A DNA stretch of 29,361 bases, from positions 1-29,361 of the forward strand of contig JAGWDQ010000110.1 in assembly GCA_018260615.1 (NCBI GenBank), given 5' to 3'. Of the stretch, positions 8,536 through 17,669 are shown piece after piece. The position numbers were made by a program, and so were the translations under genes. The notes beneath the pieces are model-generated. The model was not told the DNA's origin and searched no databases. It saw nothing but the letters and a program-made list of their open reading frames with translations. Origin of the DNA: Candidatus Altarchaeum sp. (GTDB lineage: Archaea > Altiarchaeota > Altiarchaeia > Altiarchaeales > Altiarchaeaceae). Position 1 is the stretch's first letter. Every line of letters starts with the position of its first letter.

Positions 8536-9556
8536 CCACACCAACACTTCTATATCCTTTGTGTAATTCTTTTTCAATATTCCACAAAGAAAGCAATCTT
8601 TTTGCCGTAAAAGGATGTGTTCTTAAAAATTCACCTCCAAGCATTTTCTTTTCATTTTCAATTGCTCTTTCTATTTCCCCGGCGTCTTTTGCATCTATTG
8701 CTCTTGCTATCTGGGAAATTGATTTCATATCACTGTCATTTGGATCTGCTATATAGAAACACCTTAATGCCTTGTCTGTGTTTTCTTCTTTCCCGCCTCT
8801 TTGTGCATGAACCCCCAGTCCATAAGTTATTTTGGCAAGTCCCGACATCAAAGCAACGGGATTTTTTGTGATATAAGCACTAAACGCATCTGCACAGTAT
8901 TCCCTCTTTCTTGAGAGCCATAAAACAAGCAATTGTCCGATAAACTGGGCGATCATCGCACCAATCCACATAGCAATAAAAGGAACTCCGCCCCTGTTAT
9001 TATCTCTGTCGCTGCCCAAGACAATAACTATATAAAAAAGCATTATCGGAATCATACTTGCCACGGTCATAACTGCAACATCCTTGTGTTTTATATGTCC
9101 GATTTCATGAGCAATTACACCTTCAACTTCTCTTTCATTTAATGTATTTAATAAACCGGTATGAAGTGCTATATTGCTGCTTGATTGTGTTCTTCCGAAT
9201 GCAAATGCGTTCGGTTCCGAATTGTAGACGATGTATAATTTTGGCACCGGAATTCCTGCATCCCGTGATATTCTTCTGACCATCGCAAAAATTTCAGGAT
9301 GTTCTTTTTCAGTCATTTCCCGCATATTTGTCATTCTTTTGATGAGTATAGGCCCCAGGTACCACTGAACCAAAACAATAACTGCTGAAAATAATATTGC
9401 TATGGAAATTCCTACAATTCCTCTGATATCCATATACCACAATACCAGTGCACCTATAAAGACAATAAATCCAAATACCATTAACATTGTCAAAAATACA
9501 ACTGTATTTAATTTTCCAAGGCCCTTAACTTTTGGATATTCTACGCTTGCTGCCAT
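8528..9556 (-). CDS. htpX: HtpX-family membrane zinc metalloprotease (M48)
   Basis: PNAFAFG, HEIGH (HExxH), SRKREYCAD and THP motifs; N-terminal TM helices. Confidence 0.92.
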   Translation of the reverse strand: MAASVEYPKVKGLGKLNTVVFLTMLMVFGFIVFIGALVLWYMDIRGIVGISIAILFSAVIVLVQWYLGPILIKRMTNMREMTEKEHPEIFAMVRRISRDAGIPVPKLYIVYNSEPNAFAFGRTQSSSNIALHTGLLNTLNEREVEGVIAHEIGHIKHKDVAVMTVASMIPIMLFYIVIVLGSDRDNNRGGVPFIAMWIGAMIAQFIGQLLVLWLSRKREYCADAFSAYITKNPVALMSGLAKITYGLGVHAQRGGKEENTDKALRCFYIADPNDSDMKSISQIARAIDAKDAGEIERAIENEKKMLGGEFLRTHPFTAKRLLSLWNIEKELHKGYRSVGVEY

Positions 9557-9557
9557 T

Positions 9558-9610
9558 TTTTATAAATTTTATATTTTATAAATTTTATATTTTATAAATT
9601 TTATATTTTA
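9558..9610. repeat. 16-bp tandem repeat x3 abutting the htpX start codon
   Basis: TTTTATAAATTTTATA at 9558, 9574 and 9590. Confidence 0.85.
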
Positions 9611-9625
9611 TTAATTGACATTTGT

Positions 9626-10912
9626 TTAAATTAAGTTGAAGGATTTTAAGTATTTCTTTCCTTCTGCGGCAGTAAAAAATGAACCTGCAATAACAATACA
9701 ATCCTTATTCATGTTTGTTTTATTTATCTCCATCGCCATCTCAATTGCATCCTTCACATTGCCAGTAGAAAATACATTTTTAAAATTTAAAAATTTATTC
9801 ATATCCTCGGGTTCTGCAGCCAGTTCGTAATTTGGCTTTGTAAGAATTGTCACACTTATCATATCCGAAAATTTTGAAACAACCTTAAAAATTTCTTCCA
9901 TATTTTTGTATTTTAAAATTCCGAGTATCAAAATTATCCGTTTAAAATTTCCCCCGTTTTTGATTTTTAACATTGTATTAAACAACGCTTCAAAACTTGC
10001 CTTGTTGTGGGCGACATCAATAATAATTAATAGCTGCCTGCTGAATACTTCAAGCCGACCTTCAATTTTTACATTCTTCAACCCGTTCTTAATTGCCTTA
10101 TCTGAAATTTCTATCCCTCTGTTTTTTAATTTTTCTATCGATTCTATTGTGCAGACCGCATTTTCAATCTGGTGTTGTCCCAGTAAAGGAATTGCGTATC
10201 GCCTGTTTTTATAAACAAATTCCTGAAATTTCAGATCTTTATATATTCCTTTCGGGAAAAAATTTAGGTGTATTAATTCGGAATTTTTTTGTCTGCATGT
10301 CTCACGATATAAATTTAAAATTTCGGGCTGATAAACACATGTAATTAACGGAACATTGTTTTTTATTATTCCTGCTTTTTCCTTTGCGATTGAAATTTCA
10401 TCATTCCCCAGAAATTCCTGATGGTCAAGTGAAATGTTAGAGATTATAGTGAGTATTGGATTTATCACATTTGTTGCATCGTATCTTCCGCCCATTCCGA
10501 CCTCAATGACAGCAATTTCAATTTTCTTTTTTTCAAAATATAAAAATGCCATTAAAGTAACTGCCTCAAAAAATGTCAGGTCAAATTTTTCTATTGTGTC
10601 TTTACATTCGTTAAAAATTTCGCAGACCTCTTTTTTTAAAATCTTCCTGTTATTTACCTGAATTCGCTCCCTAAAATCAGTTAAGTGCGGGGAAGTATAT
10701 AAACCAACATCGTAATCGCTTTCTTTTAATATTGATGCGAGCATTGTGCTTATACTTCCCTTTCCTTTTGTTCCGGCAATGTGAATTGTTTTAAATTTTT
10801 CCTGCGGATTGCCAGCGGCAGATAATGCGTCTTTTATTCTTTCAATGGTTAAGTCAATTCCTTTTGAACTTCTTAAATTATACAGGTATAAAATAATATC
10901 TTTATATTTCAT
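9626..10912 (-). CDS. folC: Folylpolyglutamate synthase / dihydrofolate synthase
   Basis: IHIAGTKGKGS P-loop, GLYTSPHL, ERIQVN, EVGMGGRYDATN, EKAGIIK, GRLE and DVAHN. Confidence 0.93.
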   Translation of the reverse strand: MKYKDIILYLYNLRSSKGIDLTIERIKDALSAAGNPQEKFKTIHIAGTKGKGSISTMLASILKESDYDVGLYTSPHLTDFRERIQVNNRKILKKEVCEIFNECKDTIEKFDLTFFEAVTLMAFLYFEKKKIEIAVIEVGMGGRYDATNVINPILTIISNISLDHQEFLGNDEISIAKEKAGIIKNNVPLITCVYQPEILNLYRETCRQKNSELIHLNFFPKGIYKDLKFQEFVYKNRRYAIPLLGQHQIENAVCTIESIEKLKNRGIEISDKAIKNGLKNVKIEGRLEVFSRQLLIIIDVAHNKASFEALFNTMLKIKNGGNFKRIILILGILKYKNMEEIFKVVSKFSDMISVTILTKPNYELAAEPEDMNKFLNFKNVFSTGNVKDAIEMAMEINKTNMNKDCIVIAGSFFTAAEGKKYLKSFNLI

Positions 10913-10937
10913 TTATTGGATAAAATTTTACAATTTT

Positions 10938-13900
10938 TTAATCTGCCTCATTCATTCCATCCTTGAAGTATTTGTCAAATGCACATTTCTCAAACTCTCT
11001 GAATTTACCTACATCCCCGGCACACATAGTAGCCATATATTCTTTATGTACCGGCTCACCGTGAATCTTGAAGAATTTTATTTCCAAATTCACATCAGAT
11101 AAATTTAACAATTCATCTATAAGCGGTTCTGTAGCGTAACATCCAGGGCACATTAGATCACTGAATTCGTAAATTAAAATTTTTCCATCTTTTTTGCATT
11201 CCATCTTATTGTTTATGGTTAAGCTCGCTTTACATACTGCTTTTTGTGTTGGAACCCTTGAACATACATCATCAATTGTCTTTTGGTCACATCCTATAAA
11301 TAATGAAGGGGTGTGGTCAAGTCCTAAATTTGTGGCCAATGCATATTCGGCATTTACAAGACCTTCTTTTTCCTTATTTTTGTAGCAGGTGTAGAACTTT
11401 GCTTTATCTTTTTCAGGAATTACTTCTTTCATACAAGCAGGAATAATTGCAGTTATATTCTCAAATTTAGTTAATTCATTATAAATTTCCGGTGAAAATT
11501 CTGCACATTTTCCATTTACACAGGCATTACTTTTGCATTCATTATTATTTTGACATGCCTCATTAACTTCTTTGAGATGTGTTACTCTACAAACACTATT
11601 TTCGCATATTCCGCTTGCACATTCCGTATTATTTGTGCATGTTTCTTTTTCTTTCTTTTTATCCACGCAGTGTTTTGTTTCATCGCAATATTGACTTGTC
11701 GTATCGCAGTCCTTATCGCTATCGCATTGCATTGCTAATTTCCATATTCTTAAAAATCCGTAGTTATTATCCCATACAAGTTTCCAGTTTTTCAGTCGTT
11801 CCGAAGGATTTTTACACCAGTCGGCATCACACAATCCGTACTGCGCATAACTGTCGGCATGCTCTCCCAAATATAACTTTGTGAACATGTGATTTTGAAA
11901 TTCATTCGGAGCATAAACAAATTCTCGCCACATAGGCAATCCGCAGACCGTTCCCGAAGTATCATCTTTCATAACACACATAATTACATCACCAAATGAC
12001 TGGATTCCGAGTAATGAACCATTGTGATTTTTCTTCCATTCATCCAAAGACATTTCTTCAGTAAGTACTGGAACATCTCGCCCATTATATGCACTGTATG
12101 TTTCTTTATCCGTGTATCCTTGAACAATTATTTTTTTAACATATATTTCTGTTTTATCTGGTTTATTTATATCAACACTACGTTTAGCAACATCAAATTC
12201 TATTTTTGCAAGATAATCAAGTCGTTGTGTTTTGTTCGGAGGATAACTGCAGTAACCAAAATACAATTTGCTAACCTCTTCACTACCTCCGGCGCTGCTT
12301 TTTTCAATTGTATCAACCTTTCCACCAAAACCACATACGCCTAATGCATTTTTGTTTGGATTCTCCGGATTTTTAAGCCATTCTTCGTACTCTTTATCCT
12401 CTTGTTTTGATAAATTTCCCTGTGCAATAAACCGCAGCGCATGATTCTTTCCGATTAATGTATAATCAGTAACAATATACTTTACATTTGGATACTCTTT
12501 TACTAATTTCATTGCTTCGTCTTCTGTCTGATATACTGTAAAGAATCTTGCTACTTCCTGAAGCTGCCAGTGAACTGCCTGTAAATTGTCAATCAATACA
12601 GGTCTTTCTGCTATTGGAGTGATCCAGTGTCCATAATCCCACCATGTTAAAACAATATCCTCTTTATCTGTATTTTCATTAAACCACTGCAATCCCGGCA
12701 TCCACCAGTTTATTCCGCTTCCTATATTCCAGTCACCATCAGCACCCTGATGAAGCATTGTTGTTGACGAATGGAATAAAGGTGAAAAGTAGGGAAGTAA
12801 TGTATTAGTGACCAGTTTGCCTGTAGAATCTGTTGATTGGTAGGTTATGTTATAAATATAAGGAAATACAAATAACGGGATTATAAGCACTGCAAATGTT
12901 CCGATAATTCTCACTCCGTTTAAGTTCTTTTTATTAATTCCTGCAATTAATCCCACAGTAGCACCTAACGCAATAATCCCCAGAACGGAATCAACCCCTC
13001 TTTGAGGTACATTATAATATGCCCACAATCCGGAAATTGCCAAAATTAAAATTATTGCGGCACCCATCTTTCCTCCTTCGGGAGAAAATTTAAGGGTAAG
13101 TAAAAATATAGCAATAATATCAAAAAAGACAAAAAGTATAAATATCAACCATGAATTTGTACTTCCAATCCATGATAATGAAGACGAACCCATCATAACT
13201 ATTACCAAATAATGGAGCAACACTGCTACTCCTATTGGAATTATTGTATGCAACGAAGGTTTTCCCTGCCTGCCTGCAATTAAATAAGAAAGCAATGGAA
13301 TCATTGCCAATCCGTATAAAAATAAAATTCCGTAAGTTGTAAAATCACCCTGGCCTATTTGTTCCGCAATTGTCTTAAAAACGACACCTGATGTAGTAAC
13401 TGATAATGCATCTAAAACAGGATCAAGGAACAGGTCATGGAGAGCAAAAATTCCTATTGCACCAATAACAATAATTCCCCCGCTTACGGCTCCCAAAACA
13501 TTTTTCGGAAGTTTGTTTAACGCATTTTCTATAAACAAATTTATCATTTCAAGTTTGCCATATTTCTTATCTTCATCATATTCTTCATTTGCTGTTATTT
13601 TATCTGACTTTATCAGGAACAATCTTAACATTTCAAGGATTAAAGGAACAACAATAACCGCAGATATGATAAGCATCGCGGTTTTTGAAGGTGAAAATAT
13701 CGGAAGCGCGTTATGTGCATGCAAAATCAGTCCGTTGAACAAAGGAAAAATCATCGGAATTACTATGTATGGCACATGCGAAAATGTATTTTCTTTGTTT
13801 AAAAATTTTGCCAGCGCGTACAAAACAGCAAACAAGCCAAGAGCATAAAGTGCATAAGCAGCATATCCGCTCCAGGCAACAGAGAAAAAGAAAAATGTGA

Positions 13901-14903
13901 TTCCTGCAAGTAATGTCCATTTTAATGACTTATTTTTAATCGCATTAAATATTACATACATCGTTGCAGCCATAAGCATTAGTCCCATTTCACTTGCTTC
14001 GTCACTTCCTGCAATTGACCTTGTACTGTAAAGATAATTAAATCCCAGACAAAACGCACCTATTAATCCGACTAATTTGTTATGCGGGGCATAAGCAGAA
14101 AAAATTTCCCTGAGGAATAAATACATAAAAAGTACTGCAAAGCCGGCCATCAGTCCGCCGAACAGCATCGCAGTATCATACTGGTTGATGCCAAGCGGTG
14201 ATAAAATTTTTGCCGTTGATGCCATAAATACTGCATGTAAATTGAAATTCGTTGAAAAATCAAGCCCGCCGGATGTTTTCCACTGACTTTCAGGAGTGCT
14301 CGCATAATAATCGGGGTCAGTTATTTTCGGATATGTTAAATTATCATAATCCATCACATGTTCGGTCGTATAAGTATTATTAACAATTTTATAATGCCAG
14401 TGACTGTCAAATGCATCACCGCTCGTTAAATAAGGATTTGTTGCTGGGACAAGATGAAATAAAAATACGGAAATAACAACAGCAATCACTGCTGCAACTT
14501 CCTTTGATAAAAATTTATGCACAGATAATACATAAAACAGCAGATAAATTCCAATCACAACTCCAAAAACATTAAAATCACCTGCCATCCATCCGACACT
14601 ATTCATCCCATGATAAGAAAATAATGCCTCTGTAAATATCAGAACAGGAACTCCCATAAGATAATAATTCTTAACTTTTCTGAAATACATATACACAAAA
14701 TAAGAGGACAATATGCCAAGTATTATAAATATGGCTGTAAAGACAATCGGAGGAATTTGATTTGCTCCGGAAACGAATGGTTTGATAATTGCCAGTATAA
14801 ATGTCAAGACCGAAATAATAAATAACGGCTCAATAATCCTCCCGCTAACACCCTCTACCCACTTGTCTAAATTTTTTGATGTTGATAAATTTACTCCTTG
14901 CAT
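10938..14903 (-). CDS. aglB: Oligosaccharyltransferase AglB/STT3 with C-terminal Cys-rich repeats and a DsbA/thioredoxin-like domain
   Basis: Multi-TM N-terminal region with DSHWH, RSIAGSDEASE and TIAEQ; WWDYG at 12630-12644 followed by IDN; about 260 extra C-terminal residues including EFSDLMCPGC. Confidence 0.9.
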   Translation of the reverse strand: MQGVNLSTSKNLDKWVEGVSGRIIEPLFIISVLTFILAIIKPFVSGANQIPPIVFTAIFIILGILSSYFVYMYFRKVKNYYLMGVPVLIFTEALFSYHGMNSVGWMAGDFNVFGVVIGIYLLFYVLSVHKFLSKEVAAVIAVVISVFLFHLVPATNPYLTSGDAFDSHWHYKIVNNTYTTEHVMDYDNLTYPKITDPDYYASTPESQWKTSGGLDFSTNFNLHAVFMASTAKILSPLGINQYDTAMLFGGLMAGFAVLFMYLFLREIFSAYAPHNKLVGLIGAFCLGFNYLYSTRSIAGSDEASEMGLMLMAATMYVIFNAIKNKSLKWTLLAGITFFFFSVAWSGYAAYALYALGLFAVLYALAKFLNKENTFSHVPYIVIPMIFPLFNGLILHAHNALPIFSPSKTAMLIISAVIVVPLILEMLRLFLIKSDKITANEEYDEDKKYGKLEMINLFIENALNKLPKNVLGAVSGGIIVIGAIGIFALHDLFLDPVLDALSVTTSGVVFKTIAEQIGQGDFTTYGILFLYGLAMIPLLSYLIAGRQGKPSLHTIIPIGVAVLLHYLVIVMMGSSSLSWIGSTNSWLIFILFVFFDIIAIFLLTLKFSPEGGKMGAAIILILAISGLWAYYNVPQRGVDSVLGIIALGATVGLIAGINKKNLNGVRIIGTFAVLIIPLFVFPYIYNITYQSTDSTGKLVTNTLLPYFSPLFHSSTTMLHQGADGDWNIGSGINWWMPGLQWFNENTDKEDIVLTWWDYGHWITPIAERPVLIDNLQAVHWQLQEVARFFTVYQTEDEAMKLVKEYPNVKYIVTDYTLIGKNHALRFIAQGNLSKQEDKEYEEWLKNPENPNKNALGVCGFGGKVDTIEKSSAGGSEEVSKLYFGYCSYPPNKTQRLDYLAKIEFDVAKRSVDINKPDKTEIYVKKIIVQGYTDKETYSAYNGRDVPVLTEEMSLDEWKKNHNGSLLGIQSFGDVIMCVMKDDTSGTVCGLPMWREFVYAPNEFQNHMFTKLYLGEHADSYAQYGLCDADWCKNPSERLKNWKLVWDNNYGFLRIWKLAMQCDSDKDCDTTSQYCDETKHCVDKKKEKETCTNNTECASGICENSVCRVTHLKEVNEACQNNNECKSNACVNGKCAEFSPEIYNELTKFENITAIIPACMKEVIPEKDKAKFYTCYKNKEKEGLVNAEYALATNLGLDHTPSLFIGCDQKTIDDVCSRVPTQKAVCKASLTINNKMECKKDGKILIYEFSDLMCPGCYATEPLIDELLNLSDVNLEIKFFKIHGEPVHKEYMATMCAGDVGKFREFEKCAFDKYFKDGMNEAD

Positions 14904-14984
14904 TTTAAAAAGTTTGTTTGGTTAGTTTATATAGTTTATAAATTTGGTTTATAAATTTACAATATAATATTAAATTTTAACTTT

Positions 14985-15019
14985 TGGTTTTTGGTTTTAT
15001 TCTGGTTTTTGGTTTTATT
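14985..15019. repeat. 18-bp-period tandem repeat x2 overlapping the uppS stop codon
   Basis: TGGTTTTTGGTTTTATT at 14985 and 15003. Confidence 0.75.
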
Positions 15020-15680
15020 TTCCAAAATTTCTTTTTGTTTTATTATAATCCTCCAGAATTTTGAGCAAATCGTCCTTTTCTAATTCGGGCCATAGTTTAT
15101 CAACAAAATAAATTTCCGAGTATGCCCCCTGCCACAGCAAAAAATTACTTATGCGATGCGCACCTGTCCTTATAAATATATCAGGATATTCTTTAATGAG
15201 CAATTTATTTCGCACATTTTCTTCATTAACCTCCTCATTGCTGTTCTTAAATTTTTTTATAACTTCCATAATTTCCTGCCTTCCCCCGTAAGCAACCGCT
15301 AAATTTACCTTATGTTTATCGTATTTTGCTGTCGCATCTTCCAGCTCCTTCAATTTCTCAACAAATTTTTTACTTTTTACCGCATCTAAATTTCCGCAGA
15401 TTTTTACACACACCTCATTTTTGTGAATTCTATCGTCGTTTATGGTTTTATCAATTTCCTTTATTAAAATTTTGTTTAAAATTTCCAGTTCCGCTGCACT
15501 TCTGTTCCGGATATTTTCCAGAGATAAAGCATACGCGGTGATACTCTCAACATCCATTTTGCTGCACCATTCAATAAAATCCCTGAATTTATTCATTCCG
15601 ATGGCGTACGCTTCTTCAAAGCCCTTTCCTTTCTTTTTTGCATACCTTCTGTTTCCATCAGGTGTTATAGCAATATGCAT
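15015..15680 (-). CDS. uppS: cis-prenyltransferase (polyprenyl diphosphate synthase, lipid carrier synthesis)
   Basis: HIAITPDGNRRYAK, YALSLEN, AVAYGGRQEI, RISNFLLWQGAYSE and RNFGK. Confidence 0.93.
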   Translation of the reverse strand: MHIAITPDGNRRYAKKKGKGFEEAYAIGMNKFRDFIEWCSKMDVESITAYALSLENIRNRSAAELEILNKILIKEIDKTINDDRIHKNEVCVKICGNLDAVKSKKFVEKLKELEDATAKYDKHKVNLAVAYGGRQEIMEVIKKFKNSNEEVNEENVRNKLLIKEYPDIFIRTGAHRISNFLLWQGAYSEIYFVDKLWPELEKDDLLKILEDYNKTKRNFGK

Positions 15681-15782
15681 TTTAAAATTTTAAATTATGA
15701 ATTTAGATTTTGAAATAAATTTAATTGATATATAATTCTTAAACCAATTATATTTAAATTTTTAAACATCTTACATTTAAAA

Positions 15783-17081
15783 ATGGAAATTTCTGAGATA
15801 AAGGAAAAAGACAAGAAAATAAACGCATTTATTGCATTTAACGAGAAATTTAAATCAGAGGAAGAAAAACTAAAAGGAAATTTAACTAACAGAGGAAAAT
15901 TAGAAGGTCTGAAAATAGGAGTCAAATCAAATATGAATGTTTCAGGACTAAAAATAACATGTGCTTCAAAAACACTTGAAAATTATGTTTCATTTTATGA
16001 TGCTACTGTTGTTGAAAGAGTAAAGCGGTCTCATGGATTGATTGTCGGAATGACAAATATGGATGAATTTGCATGCGGAAGTTCCGGAGAGACATCCTAC
16101 TTCAATCCGACACAAAATCCTTCTGCACCGGGACATATTCCCGGCGGTTCAAGCAGCGGGAGTGCTGCGGCGGTAGCAGCGGGCTTTGTTGATTGTGCGT
16201 TGGGAAGTGATACCGGCGGAAGTATAAGGAATCCGGCATCCCACTGCGGCATTGTGGGCTTTAAGCCGACTTATGGCGCTGTTTCAAGATACGGACTGAT
16301 TGATTTGGCAATGTCCCTTGATCAAATCGGGCCGATGGCAAGAGATGTGAAAACAGCGGCATTATTACTTGAAGTTATTGCCGGTCAGGACGGAAAGGAC
16401 GCAACATGTCTGAATTTAGACAAAAATTTTTACGCCTTTCACAAAAATTTAGACGGAAATTTAAAAAATTTAAAATTCGGATATGCAAAAGAGTTTGATG
16501 AACTGATAAGTGATGCCGGAATAAAGAATGTGATTCATAAAGGTATTGATAAAATTTCATCCGCAGGGGGTGAAATTGTGAATGTGTCGCTGCCTGACTT
16601 AAACATTGCCCTGCCGACTTATTACTTAAATGTATATGTTGAGTTTTTTTCCGCAACGAGAAAACTTGACGGAAGAAGATACGGGTATAAAATTGAAGAT
16701 GTATGCGGTGAAGAAGTGTTGAGAAGAATTATACTCGGGAAATTTATCTCTCAAAAAGAGAATGCCGGAAGATATTACAGGAAGGCGATAATGGCGAGAA
16801 CCCTGCTTAAAAAAGAAATTTCTGAAATTTTCACGAACATTGACATTTTACTTTCTCCGACAGTTCCGAAATTGCCTCACAAAATAGGAGAAAAAATTTC
16901 CGACCCGAGAGTTATGTATGCTTATGATATATTTACCGTTCTGGCAAATCTGGCGGGAATTCCTGCGGGTGTTGTGCCTGCGGGGAAGATTGAGGGGATT
17001 CCAACGGGATTGCAATTTATGGGAAAGGCGTTGGATGACCAGAAAGTATTGAATGCAATGTATGGATTTGAAAATTTATGA
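15783..17081 (+). CDS. gatA: Asp/Glu-tRNA amidotransferase subunit A
   Basis: Amidase signature GMTNMDEFACGSS, PGGSSSGSAAAVA and GSDTGGSIRNPAS; RYG...EEVLRRIILG. Confidence 0.92.
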   Translation: MEISEIKEKDKKINAFIAFNEKFKSEEEKLKGNLTNRGKLEGLKIGVKSNMNVSGLKITCASKTLENYVSFYDATVVERVKRSHGLIVGMTNMDEFACGSSGETSYFNPTQNPSAPGHIPGGSSSGSAAAVAAGFVDCALGSDTGGSIRNPASHCGIVGFKPTYGAVSRYGLIDLAMSLDQIGPMARDVKTAALLLEVIAGQDGKDATCLNLDKNFYAFHKNLDGNLKNLKFGYAKEFDELISDAGIKNVIHKGIDKISSAGGEIVNVSLPDLNIALPTYYLNVYVEFFSATRKLDGRRYGYKIEDVCGEEVLRRIILGKFISQKENAGRYYRKAIMARTLLKKEISEIFTNIDILLSPTVPKLPHKIGEKISDPRVMYAYDIFTVLANLAGIPAGVVPAGKIEGIPTGLQFMGKALDDQKVLNAMYGFENL

Positions 17082-17099
17082 AAATTAAAATTAAACAAA

Positions 17100-17495
17100 A
17101 TGGCCACAACAAACGAAATTGTCAGGGAAATTGACAAAGGAAAAATTGTTTGTATTGATAAAGAAGTGAATGCAAAAGATCTGGATTGGAATGCACACGC
17201 AAAATTTAAAGGTGTATTTTTGAAACATCTTGTGAAAGGAGAAGATACGGACGGCAAGTTCAGCTGTCATCTTGTTAAAGTAGAGTCCGACTGCGAGATT
17301 GGAGAGCATATCCACGATGATAAGTGGGAATTGCACGAAATAATCAGCGGAGAAGGTAAAGGTATGCTTGCAGGAAAGGAAATTTCCTTAAAGTCAGGTA
17401 TTTCTATGGTAATTCCCAAAGGAGTAAAGCATAAAGTTATTGCAGGCAAGGATGGTTTATATTTGCTGGCAAAATTTATTCCCGCATTAGTTTGA
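17100..17495 (+). CDS. Cupin-domain protein
   Basis: HIHDDKWELHEIISGEG and IPKGVKHKV cupin metal-binding motifs. Confidence 0.85.
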   Translation: MATTNEIVREIDKGKIVCIDKEVNAKDLDWNAHAKFKGVFLKHLVKGEDTDGKFSCHLVKVESDCEIGEHIHDDKWELHEIISGEGKGMLAGKEISLKSGISMVIPKGVKHKVIAGKDGLYLLAKFIPALV

Positions 17496-17527
17496 GAAAA
17501 TTTATTTGCAGGCAGAATGTAATAAAT

Positions 17528-17669
17528 TTAAAATTTCGGAATAATCTCTTTTAAAAATTTATACTTTTTTATAAGTGGTTTCAAATCATCAAGCAATTTC
17601 TTAAATGTTGAGCAAGTTCCTCTGTTTTGATATGTGCCTTATTAATTCAACACGCTCGTAAATCATTGA
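17528..17669 (-). pseudogene. Decayed duplicate of the last ~47 codons of the HD-domain gene
   Basis: Aligns with 18984-19127; translates as SMIYERVEL...TEELAQHLRNC/DDLKPLIKKYKFLKEIIPKF* with two 1-nt deletions (142 vs 144 bp). Confidence 0.9.

Noticed and set aside
15681-15782. Specific TATA/BRE promoter calls in divergent spacers (also 2826-3030 and 26638-26735)
   Set aside because: The spacers are so AT-rich that many TATA-like hexamers occur; none can be singled out.
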